The position numbers and the translations under genes were made by a program. A DNA stretch of 64,000 bases from Strigamia acuminata (taxonomy: Eukaryota): the NCBI GenBank assembly GCA_949358305.1, contig OX442314.1, positions 17,298,001-17,362,000 on the forward strand, given 5' to 3'. Under the pieces are notes generated by a model. That model did no database searches. It worked only from the letters and a program-made list of their open reading frames with translations, and was not told the DNA's origin. Each line of letters starts with the position of its first letter. Position 1 is the stretch's first letter. This document shows, piece by piece, positions 1 to 12,727 of the stretch.

Positions 1-3000
1 GACGAGTGTCTAAAGATGATTGGCTCGAATGGCTTCGTCGACTTAGCATTGAACTGCTCAAGGAGTCGCCCTCTCCAGCTCTGCGGTCTTGTTGGGCTTT
101 AGCACAAACCTACAGTCAATTGCCAAAAGATTTATTTAACGCCGCTTTCGTGTCATGTTGGACCGAATTAAATGAACAACAACAGGATGAGTTGATCCAA
201 AGTTTGGAACAAGCGCTTCTGGCTCAAGATATTCCAGAAATTACCCAAACACTCTTAAACTTGGCCGAGTTTATGGAACACTGCGACAAAGGGCCGTTGC
301 CTTTGGACCTCATTCATTTGGGTGAACGGGCTATGAAATGTCGTGCCTACGCTAAGGCGCTGCATTACAAAGAGGATGAATTTCATAAAGGACCCACAAC
401 CGAGGTTCTAGAGGCTCTTATTAGTATTAACAACAAACTTCAGCAACCCGAGGCTGCCATGGGAGTTCTGGAATATGCCATGAAAAATCATGGACATGAT
501 TTAGTAAGAATGAATATGAAATGAATGAATGCTGGAATGAGAATAATTTAATTTTTTCAATTAAAGAAAATACAAGAGCGATGGTATGAAAAACTCCACG
601 ATTGGGAATCGGCTCTGCAAGCATATCAACAGAAATTGGAGCAGAATCCCGATGATATGGAATTATTGCTGGGTCAAATGAGATGTTTAGAGGCGCTTGG
701 GGAATGGTACGGTGTCAAATCAATTTAATGATCAATTTAATTTCTTTTATATTGGTTGTATATTTTAGGGGACATTTACATCAACTTGTTAACGAAAAGT
801 CGGCCAGTGTTGATCTTGACTCGAAAAAGAGAATGGCTAGAATGGCATGTGCTGCAGCTTGGGGATTAGGTATTTTCGATTGTCTTTTAAAGGTACTGTA
901 GTAAAAATAAAAATAAATCTATTTGTGCAGAACAATGGGATAGTGTACGCGAGTACTCGAACCTAATCCCACTGGAGACACAAGATGGCGCCTTCTACGG
1001 GGCTGTTCTTGCTATAAATGCGAACGATTTTCATTCCGCTCAAAACTACATCGATAAGGCTAGAGACCTTCTGGACACTGAACTTACGGCTATGGTTGGG
1101 GAGAGTTATCAGAGAGCTTATGGAGTAACTAGATTTAATTATTCCCGTTACAATTGTTTCTAAGAAATTTATTAATTTATTAGGCAATGGTGATAGTACA
1201 AATGCTATCAGAATTGGAAGAAGTAATTCAGTATAAATTGGTTCCTGAAAGACGAGATGCTATTCAACAAATGTGGTGGGCGAGATTAAAAGTGAGAATT
1301 TTTAGAAAAGAAAATACGGTAGTGTATTGGATTTTAAATCAATATTGTTCCATGTAGGGATGCCAGCGTGTGGTCGAAGATTGGCAAAAAATTATTCACG
1401 TTCATTCTCTGGTAGTAAAGCCGCACGAAGATATGAGAACGTGGTTAAAATATGCTAGTTTATGTCGTAAAAATAATCGACTGGTAATTAAATTATAAGT
1501 TTATAGTATTCTTTTAACTAACTTGGTTTTCTTTATCAGATGTTATCACACAAAACGCTCGTGAAGTTGCTGAAGACGGATCCATCCATTCATCCACATG
1601 AGCCATTACCTACTCTTCATTCGCACGTGACTTTTGCTTATACTAAACACATGTGGAAGAGTAATCAAAAGGAGGAAGCATTTAGTCAGCTACTCCATTT
1701 TGTTCAAGCTTCACTACACCCGCAAGCAATTCAGTTATCTACGGGTGAAGATTCCGATCAACAAAAAGATACAAATAAACTTCTGGCAAAGTAATTATTT
1801 GAGTTTGAATGAATTTGTATAGATGCTTAATTTAAATTAATTATGCAGATGCTATTTAAAGCTTGGTCAATGGCACGAGAGCTTGCACAGTATAAATGAA
1901 GCATCAATACCTCAAATTCTTCAATGGTTTTCAGCAGCAACTGAAAGAGATAGTAATTGGTATAAGGTACACAGATTTTAGCGTATTTAAAAGATGGTAT
2001 TTGCCCGTTTTTGCAGCATAAATCAATTAATTTAAAAATTATTTTTAAGGCGTGGCATGCTTTAGCGTGTGTAAACTTCGAAGCTGTTTTGTTTTATAAA
2101 CATGCGGCTCAGCAGAACGTCCCCACCAGTCCAGTGGGCGCTCCGCATTCGCCCGGAGATAAGACTTATGCACCAGATTCTCCCAATGGCAACATCCGAT
2201 CGAGTCTTCTCTTAGCTTACACAGTGCCAGCTATTCAAGGGTTTTTTCGGTCGATATCTCTATCTCAGGGGAATTCTCTTCAAGATACATTACGACTTCT
2301 TACTCTTTGGTTTGATTACGGGCAATGGCCGGAGGTTTATGAAGCGCTCGTTGAAGGGATTCGGGTAATTCAAATGGATACATGGTTACAAGTAAATAAA
2401 TATATTATTAGAATTAAAAATTGTGTGTACATTTAAATCTATTAATGCCATTATTTAGGTAATACCTCAGTTGATAGCACGAATTGATACGCCGCGCCAA
2501 TTGGTTGGTCGCCTAATTCATCAGTTGTTAATGGACATAGGAAAACAACATCCTCAAGTATGTTTTATTAATTATTTCTTTTAGTTACGACTTATTTATG
2601 TTTGAATGTTTTTAATTCTAGGCTTTGATTTATCCACTCACTGTTGCTTTCAAATCGGCTTCGCTCGCGCGTAATAACGCAGCAAAAAAAATCTTGAAAA
2701 GTATGTGCGAACACAGCAACACATTGGTTCAGCAAGCACGTATGGTGAGCGATGAGCTCATTCGAGTTGCCATTTTGTGGCATGAATTATGGCACGAAGG
2801 TTTAGAAGAAGCTTCCAGACTTTACTTCGGTGAACGTAACACCAATGGAATGTTTGCCACGTTGGAACCTCTGCATGACATGATGGAAAGAGGACCGCAG
2901 ACTCTGAAAGAGACTTCTTTTAATCAGGCGTACGGGAGAGATTTGATGGAAGCTCAGGAATGGTGTCGCAAGTTTCAACGTACAGGAAACGTTAAAGATT

Positions 3001-5100
3001 TAACCCAAGCGTGGGATTTGTATTATCACGTCTTCCGTCGTATTTCTAAACAGTTACCTCAAGTAATTATTTTTGAACAACGGGGTCCGGCATTCTTTAA
3101 TTACTTTTTTCAAATTGTAGTTGACTTCGCTGGAACTGCAATACGTTTCTCCAAAATTGCTGATGTGTCATGATTTGGAATTGGCAGTTCCTGGTAGTTA
3201 TAATCCACATCAACCGATTATTCGAATCCGTCTCGTTCAAAGCTCGTTGCAAGTGATCACTTCTAAACAACGCCCTAGAAAACTTTGTATCAAAGGTGAC
3301 TTAACAATAACAATGAATTAAAAAGTCGCAGGATTAATGATTTGTTTTTGTTTGTTGAACAAACAGGAAGTAACGGGAAAGATTTCATGTTTCTGTTAAA
3401 GGGGCACGAGGATTTGCGGCAAGACGAGAGGGTCATGCAGTTGTTTGGTTTAGTAAATACGTTGCTCATAAATGATCCAGAGACATTCCGACGTAACCTT
3501 ACGTGAGATAATACATTTTTAAACATTCGTCGTGTATCTAGCTAACAGTATTGGTTTTGACAGGATTCAACGGTACGCTGTGATTCCATTGTCCACGAAC
3601 AGTGGACTTATTGGGTGGGTTCCACATTGTGATACATTGCACACACTCATCCGGGATTACCGTGAAAAGAAAAAAATTCTGCTCAACATTGAACATCGAA
3701 TTATGTTGAGGGTAAGTCTGTGTTTAGTTAAGTGGCATTAAACGTCTCATTTCATCTTTCGTTATTTAGATGGCGCCAGATTATGATCACTTATCACAAA
3801 TGCAGAAAGTGGAAGTTTTTGAACATGCACTGGAGCATACAAATGGTGACGATCTGGCTAAATTGCTTTGGCTCAAAAGCCCCAGTTCAGAGGTCTGCAT
3901 AGTTGAATAATTTATTTTTAATGATGATAATAATTGGAGTTTTAGATATGGTTTGATCGACGGACCAATTACACCCGTTCTCTGGCAGTAATGTCAATGG
4001 TGGGCTACATTCTTGGCTTAGGAGACAGGTAAGGTTTTGTTAATTACACAAAAAAATTTTTTTTCAACTTGAAAAATAGTTTTTTATTACACACTATCAT
4101 AAAATAGAAAAAAACCCACTCAGTGCAATTGACAAAATTGATATTTGCAGGCATCCGTCGAACCTAATGTTGGATAGATTGAGTGGGAAAATTCTCCATA
4201 TAGACTTCGGCGACTGTTTTGAAGTTGCCATGACTCGGGAAAAATTTCCGGAGAAAATACCGTTTCGTTTAACTCGTATGCTTATAAATGCCATGGAGGT
4301 AAAGAAATAAAAGAAACAAAGGAAATAAACTGTTCAATAATTGATGAATAATATTACAGGTGACTGGAATGGAGGGCACGTACAGGATGACGTGCGAAAG
4401 TGTTATGAATGTACTTCGTGTTAACAAAGACAGCTTAATGGCTGTGTTAGAAGCATTTGTTTACGACCCTTTACTCAATTGGAGATTAATTGACAGTATT
4501 AAGCAATCTGTTAAATTTATAACAAATATTTTTACTATTTGCTTTTTTAATTGCAGCAACACCAAAAGTAAAGCGTTCTACAACTAGAACAGATTCAATT
4601 TCTTCATCTAGTCACGAACCAGGCGGTAAAATAAGATTTAAACATTATCGTGACCTTTCTATCGTCGCTTTTTTATTTTAAATAGGTGATATTTTACCAT
4701 CTGTTGACTTAAATGTCCAGTCGGCTGTAACAAAGTCGAGCATTCATCCAGAATCCATTATAAATTATGGGGGTGAGTTGATTGGCATTAATGTGTAATT
4801 TAATTTTTTTTTTTAAATCTCATTTTATTTTTTCAGCTGGCGATGCGAATCAGCCTGAAGTGAATAAAAAAGCTCTGCAGATCATAAAACGGGTGCGTGA
4901 GAAGCTAACTGGTACGTTGAGGTTTAGGTTTAGTTGTAAAGTTTTAAGACAATTTAAGTTGACATTATGGTGCGTTAGGGCGCGACTTCTCGCACGACGA
5001 AACGCTCGACATCCCCAATCAGGTGGATCTCTTAATTAAACAAGCAACTTCACACGAAAATCTTTGTCAGTGTTACATAGGTTGGTGTCCATTTTGGTAA
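1..5100 (+). CDS. MTOR: Serine/threonine kinase TOR, 3' part (FAT, FRB, PI3K-like kinase, FATC); about 22 exons; 5' end lies outside the window
   Basis: GT-AG exons join in frame: [13 protein letters not shown]..., [26 protein letters not shown]...[14 protein letters not shown], kinase [16 protein letters not shown] / DRHPSN / [26 protein letters not shown] (TAA 5098-5100). Confidence 0.98.
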
Positions 5101-5582
5101 TCTTTACAATTTGTCATTCGCTATAATTTGATTTTGGGAACTTTTAATTGAATGTTGATTCTAAATGAACAATTAAAAGAACTTGAACGGTTTCCTTACC
5201 GTTGAAAGTGCTTTGTAAATGAAAATAAATAAAGAGCTGCGACCGAATAAAAGAAAAGTTCAAGAAACATTTCAGTTTGATATGCTTATTTAGCAGTTTA
5301 TTGAAAAATGATTATTTTAAACAGTTTCTGCATAGAGAAAAAAGAATTCATTATTTTGCATACGAAATGTTATAAAAATTACAAACGGACTTGTCTGGAG
5401 TTCATTATGTAGGGTATATAATAAACCTGTCCTTTGGCAATTATTCAAGAAAAAAAAACAATTGTATACCACAAACAAAAAATATGTAAACAATATTAAA
5501 ATTCACAAAAAAAATGGCGCAAGCCTGATACAAATAGCAGTTAAACAAAAATCTGAAATGTAAAGAAAATAAATGTACAAAT

Positions 5583-8500
5583 TTATACTTCCGTGCTGTC
5601 CTCCGTAACTCCGTAAGTCGCTAATAGATAACTATAAGCTTTCTGTACATCCCAGTCACAATTAACCAGCGTTTGCTTGCAATTACTGTCGCAGGACAAC
5701 TCGTTCCTGAGAAGCGTTTGCAGTTTCATATATTTAATGGCTTTGTGTACGTCCCAATCTGTTTCATTGAGAGTGGCTACACAATCTTCAGGAGTTACCT
5801 GTAAGGCCTTTGGCAAAAGAAAACGTTTGTAATTATAAGTTGCGTGTGTTGATTGGATCAGTTAAATATCGAACATAAATTAATAGAAGCTAGTCCTAAT
5901 AACTTGTCACTACCGGAATTTTTCCTGCAAGAACTTTCTGTAAGATTCGCACTTCATCAGCATCTGTGCCTCTGGCCCGACCTTGTGTCCTGAACACCAA
6001 ATTAACGAAAATCCATCTTTCAAACTCATTTCTAAACATTTTGTTTATATGCATATATAAATCGTAGTTAAATTTAACAAAAATTAAAGGAAAATCTTAC
6101 CAGGAAAACAAACGCATGAAATTGAATCGTGGAATTGAAAATTTGTGTACCAAAGCGGTACTACGACAAAATGTAATTTTTAGATACAATTAGGCTACAG
6201 CCGAATCGGATGATTTCAAGTCCGTTTGCTTTCCTCATGGTACAAAAATTGAGACACTAAGGGGTTTCATAAATGACAAGCTGAAGGCGCTGAAGTGATT
6301 GTTCCAATAATCACAATCACTGCATTACTGAGGACCCAAGTGATCCAAGTGATCATTTTGCATGTCACATTTATACTTTATTTTATTTTATTTATTTTTA
6401 TTTATTTAATAATTGACAACAAACACTTTTTCTTAGTTTAAGCATTCTTTAGCACTAACAACTCTTTTTCAAACGATTGTACATAAGCGCTGAAGTGCTG
6501 AAGCGATTGTGCATGTGATTGGCCCACACAGGTCACATGATAATAGCTTCAGCAGAATAATCGTCGTAATCACTTCAGCATCTTCAGCGTATCATTTTTG
6601 AAACCCCTTAATTGTTTGTACCTCGGTAAGAACAGAAATAGGAAGTTAGATCAATTCAAAAAATTGAAGTGAATGAAAAGAAGCGTATCTCTACCATGCA
6701 GTATCATTAAGCAAGGTATTTCAGCCATATTTTCAATTACCGTTTTGTATTTGGGCGATCACATGCAAAATCGAGAAGATCCTCGCAACTAACATGATGA
6801 TCCACTGGAGGCATAGGCGCCTCTTCTTCAGGGATATCATCCAAACTATCCATATCCGCCTGGATTTGGTTGTCAAATGAATCATCCAGACTCGATTGCG
6901 ATCTGTGTTGTTTTAAGTAGTGGTTTGAGTTAAGCATAAATTTAACACTTTAAAAGTGAATCAAGTGAAGAGATTCAAATGCAAAACTGAATCATGCGTG
7001 GGAGTTGTTAGTAATTAAGAATCGGAGACACAACAAGCTGCAGCTTACCGAGGCGGTTTAACTGGCGCTGCGGGTATTTTCACCGAGGTGGTCACGCTTC
7101 CATTTTTGACCACCTCCGATTTGGGACTAGAATGGAGAATTATGGGTGCCGTTGAGTTGGGCGAATCGACGGCGTCGGAGCCTGGCTCCGACACGTCATC
7201 CGTGTTTCCATTCGTTTGGACTAGTAAAGAGAAACATTAAATTAAAGCTCACGTTATCTTAATTTATCTCGCAAAAAATCTTCATACCTGGCTCGAGATC
7301 ACCACAAGTGAGCGACGGTTTGACCAAAGGTCGCGTTGTGCTACCAGGTATGATGAGTGGATGTTTTCTTTGCCTGGGTTTGTGTTGTTGCATTGGTTTT
7401 GTCCGATCTCTTGGCGGGAGTGGCAAAGGGTTTTGATCGCTGCTATGCTCCGAATCCCCTTCATCACCGGTCGATGTACTACCTCCGTTTTCGTGCGGTT
7501 GTGTTGTTTCTTCGCCTTCGCGGTGAGTGGTGGCATCACTCGTTTCATTACCAGTCACTTGAGTGGTGATAGGCTTTGGACTGACAGCTGGTGGCGATCT
7601 TGCTGATTCGGTAGCATTGTTTTGTACAGGAGGTGCGGGCGGAATGCCCAAAGTGTTACGCGGGTGTAAATGTATGCGAGATTCGGATGTAAATCGAAAG
7701 ACATTTTGTCCATCTTGGCCAAATGAATTTCTACCATCTTGACCAACTGAATTTCTTCCTGAGGTTCCGTGTTTGTTTCCTCTCACCTTCGGCCTCACTG
7801 TTAACCCACTGCGCAACATCCTCAGTGGATTCGTATCTCCATCTTCGGCGATCTCAGCTTGCCCCTTTTCGACCAGGGCGCTGTAGGCGTCTTTGGCTTC
7901 TTCGGTCAGACTTTCTTGGATGTCGGCGATCGATTCAGTTTCTTCGGTGAAGTTTCTTCTTTCATTCTTTGGACTTCGTGTTGTGGGGAGCCGAAATGAA
8001 AATTTTCTTTTAGTCGGCGATGATGGTGTTCGAGGACTTTCCTGCGCGAGATCGGGATCGGGTTTATTAACCAATTCCAGCATGCTCTTTGTCGCCATTT
8101 CGTTCGCCATGGCGATTGCCGAGTCCAATGTCCTTTGGTCCGAAGCCGAAATGGGCTTCACCGTCGCTTGTTTTTTTTTCGATCCACTTTCTTTACTCTA
8201 AAAAAATATATTACAAATATATTTCTATAACATTTGCTACTTATTTATTAATATTTCAATATTTCAATATTTCTATATTTCGCTGACGATATTTGTTTTA
8301 TACCTTCGCTGCCATCTCCCGTATCTCATTCCGTACGTTATTTGACTCATCTTTAGTCGTTTCTTCCAATTCCTCATCCTTATTGCCGAGTGCCTTGAAA
8401 ACTTCATCCATTAAAGAGGGACCGAAATCCAAACAACGTTGGAAAAACGTCTGCAAACAAAAACACATTTATCGTTAAAGTAAACAAATCCTAATCGGTC

Positions 8501-11500
8501 AATCCATTGACTCTGATTTACCTCGAATCGAGGACTTTCCACTTGGTTTTCATCGTCGCTTATCTCGTGATATTCGTGATCTGCAATCTGTTTAGCCACA
8601 TGATTATCGTCAATAGTAATTTTCTTATCGCTACTTGAATCAGACCACGTATCTATGGAGACCAATCGACATTTCAGTAACCATTAGTATCCAACTATTA
8701 ATTTTTACCTATTGCAGGCCCACCTTTGCCCAGCTCCCCGCCTTTAATCAGTAACGGAGCTCTATCAGAAACATCAGAAGGTGCTCGGTTTAAAGACGAT
8801 GTACTCTGATCTCCATCCTCATGGGGTTTATCTGTTAAGAAAATTAACAATTTAATTTAACTCAATTAGTAATTTCAGGGCCAATATTTAGGAAACCGGT
8901 TAGAAATTACTGAAAATTAAATTAACAACAATAAACTAAATCCGGCCCTGATTAATTTCATTTCCGTACAAGGAGTGACTATTTGCTTAGGCAACAGATG
9001 GTATTTATCACCCAGGCATGATATGTCCCCGAAAAACGCTCCGTCTAAACCCACATGACCAGTATGCCGAAAATCTGCCTGTGGTCGACTGATCATTTCG
9101 GCACGTAGTCGTCTTTTGCTGGAATATACTCCAGACTTGCTATCTGCAAAAAAAAAAAAAAAAAAAAATTCCCTCCATTTTCATGACAATGTATAAAAAC
9201 GACCAAAACTAACCAGATCTAGTAAAAGATGGCTTCATGGATGGTATATTTGTTCCCAAATATGCAACTGTATGCGCAGGATTAAATAAACCAGTTTTGC
9301 AGTTCGTAAGAGCTCCTTTCCAGACGTTAACACTGTCAGCTAAAGGTCTGAAATATGATACAAATAGAAACTAAGGATATGAGCCCCACCTACATAACAG
9401 ACGGAAATGCCAGTTCCTTACTTTTTATCGAGAACTGTAATGACATCACTGACTTTATATTGCAATTGCTCCCGCTTTGATTTGGGACTGCTAGATGCGT
9501 CTTCAGTGTAGTCTTTGATACACTGCACTTGCTCGGGTTTGCACTGTCAATGTGAATTTAATCAATCATTAATGTTAGTTGCCTGCATTTCCTTTCTCTA
9601 CTCAGGATGTGCTGTTTCCTTGTTGTGAGGTAGGAACGTTAGACAGGAAAAGTGTGACATTTGTTACTTGTTGATTCAGCCCGATATGTTTTTTATACCA
9701 AACATGGTAATGTGTTTTCCCTTACCTCTGGTAAAATAGCAGAAATATCAGAAAACTTGGGCCTCTTGTTAGGATCGTGCTGCCAACATTTTAACATCAA
9801 AATGTAGTATTCTTTAGGACAACATTCTGGTTGCTCTAGTCTTTGGAAGTTTGGTTCATCAATCGCTTCTAAAATCTGTGTACAATGATTATCAATAACA
9901 CGGGCATTTAAAAGTGAATTAAATAAACAAAGAGAATCTTTTTCCATACTTGTTGTCCAGTTAAAGCTGCCCATGGTTGAAAGCCGTAGCTAAACATTTC
10001 CCACAGCGTAACCCCGTAAGCCCATACATCACTAGCTGAAGTGAATCGAAGGTAGTTGATGCACTCGGGTGCACACCTAGAAATGAGTTCACGGGAGCGT
10101 GAATCAAAACACTTGATTATATTAACACAAATCAACGTACCATGCAATTGGAAGCTTGAGATTAACGTTGAAATTAGTTTGATAATAATCTTTTCCTACA
10201 CCTAATGCTCGGGATAATCCGAAATCACTTATTTTAATCTATCAATTATAGATAATAAAAAAAGATTAATTTAAAGCTCCTGTTTTGGTAGAAAAAGTTG
10301 AATTACTTTGTTTTTAGAAAATACGAGAATATTTCTAGCTGCTAAATCTCTATGAATGAGTCGTTTACTCTCTAGATATTGCATCCCATCGCAGATTTGG
10401 AAAGCAAAATCACACAGAGATAAAATAGGAAAACTTGGCCTTAAAGCCGGTTCCTTCAGACACTCCAGAAGCGATCTGAGAGGTGCCAGTTCAGTAACCT
10501 GATAGGAAAATGAAAGGGAAAAAAAAGATGTCATTTACTCATTTTACTAATGAACTACTTTCATGATTCATGTAGAGGATTGTATTTTGATACTAACCAA
10601 CATAAGAGCACTAGTTTCCAAGACGACACCATAGAGCCGAACAACATGCTCATGATCCACAGTGTGCATAATTGCCGCTTCTTTCAGAAACTCCATCGAG
10701 TTATTTTGCATCCGCTCTTTGCTCAATTTTTTAATTGCTACTTGGATCTGAAGTGAAACAACTGCGTTACAATGAAGAATAAATAGAATAGCGATCTTGT
10801 AGAATTTCAATTCTCAGTTAACTTATGAATGACTTGACTATGTATAGTCATAGTCAAGTATCGTTTCATTAAATGCATATTTGAAATGACCGAAGCTTGT
10901 GATGTACAAGCATAAAATAATGTCTTTTAAATGGCAATCATTCATAAAGTAATTTAGACAAACGGCATTTTAAATAATACATTTGAATTGCTTTTTAAAC
11001 CGCTTGTCTCGATCTAACTTCAAGAATGGCGGCCGATTTAGCCCGTTTACGGTCACTGTGGGCGTGCGCACGACATTTAAACAACAAAACATTTAACTGC
11101 AAGTCAAACATGCATTTGATTCTCCAAAATCGTAGTTTTTAGTTTATTATTATTTTACCCTATCACCATCCTCATTTGTCCAAACACCCTGTTGTACAAC
11201 ACCAAATTCGCCCACTCCCAGCTCCTTATTAATCGTGATGTTTTCACTAGAGATGATATGTTTACTGGGCACCTTGACCATACCCCTTTCTTGCACTGGA
11301 TCAGATATGACCAAAGATGCCCGAACGATCTCCTCTCTCTTTGGTAAAATCATCTGAAAATATCAATAACACTCGATTAATATTGAACTGCAATGAAATT
11401 TGAAAATGTTTTATTTTAATTTTTTTATTTTTTTGACCTCCGAATTTATAAACAAGTCTCCGAATTAAGCCGCTGCTTGTCTCAAATGTCAAGATATTTA

Positions 11501-12727
11501 TCTCCATCATCAACAAGGTTACATATTTATACTTTAGCCACAAAAACAGCACTTGTCAGTTGATGATGATGCGAGAAACTGGAGCCGGGTTAAAGCTCAA
11601 AACTCAAGATATCCTTTCATACACAATATCCAAGTAGCTAAATGAAAACAAACTGATAACTGGAAGGCCAGATTTACGACTGTACATGTTTTGCGTGCAA
11701 AACAGAAACCTCTTTACTTCTCCTAAATCAATTTAAACTAAAAGCAAATATTTAGCTCCCGACTGAGACAGCAATCTCAATTTCAATTTCAAGTTTATTT
11801 CCCTTTGCATCTCCGCCCTGCCCAGGGGAATTCCTCACTTTGTTTATGTCTGAAAGGTTGTCAAAGTGTAGCCTGTTAAATACCACTCAGATATTGAAGA
11901 AAACCTTTTATCAAGCTGTACAAAATGGTGCCCTTGAAAGGTTAAACCCACACATTGGTTGAATTTTTTTGATTTTTAATTTTAAATTTTTGGCTCATTA
12001 CCAAGATAGAAAAAGTTTATGTTGCAATGCACATAAAGTGTGTCCTTTTCCTGATTGAGAAAATTAATATCCTTAAAAACCAAGAAAGGAAAAAAAATGG
12101 TGAACACTTGTGTTATTATATTAGTTTTCAGTGCAGATGTTGTATTAATTACAAACGGGTCCAATTATAACATAAAATTAGCTCAGAGTTCTCTAATGTT
12201 CAACTGATTTTAATTATTGATGAAAGAAAAAATAAGTTGACAGGTGAAAAAATACGTAACAGCTGAAAAAGGCGTTTCAATCTGCTCAAGGTTTGCCCTT
12301 CGGTCATTGAAAAAAAAAAAACAGTTTAAAATTAATTTTTATTTTTATTTTAACGAAAAAAATAAGAAGAAAAAAAATTTTAAAATCTATTTCAATGGAA
12401 AAGCGTCGCGAATGAATCACGCAATAAAACATACCGTACAAAGGGGAAAAGATGACAAATTTAATTTAAGATAATTTATACAAGTGTTTGTTTTACCTGT
12501 CTGATCCTGCGGAGATATGTTTGTGGATAGTATTTATGGAAATATTTTTTCAGCCGTCTCATCTCTGGTTTACTCATGCCAACTTGAGCGAGGTCTTCGT
12601 CCTCCACGTATTTGATTTGCGCCACAGTGTTCACTCTCAGATCATTTTTCAGAGTTCCATAATACGGTTGCAATTCTGCCTCAACTAGAAATTCGTACAA
12701 ACCTGGTCCCCTGCCCATGGCACCCAT
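5583..12727 (-). CDS. Ack-family (Ack-like/PR2) non-receptor tyrosine kinase: SAM, kinase, SH3, CRIB, Pro-rich region, C-terminal UBA-like region
   Basis: N-terminal SAM ([14 protein letters not shown]), [54 protein letters not shown]3 exons at 9215-9545; [20 protein letters not shown] near 9050-9100; terminal exon [23 protein letters not shown]...STEV*. The exons checked join in frame. Confidence 0.93.
6260..6608. mobile_element. MITE of about 350 bp in an Ack-like intron
   Basis: Imperfect terminal inverted repeats AGGGGTTTCATAAATGAC..GCTGAAG / CTTCAGC..TCATTTTTGAAACCCCT. Flanks read as TA/TA or as CTAA/TTAA. No ORF. Confidence 0.75.
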
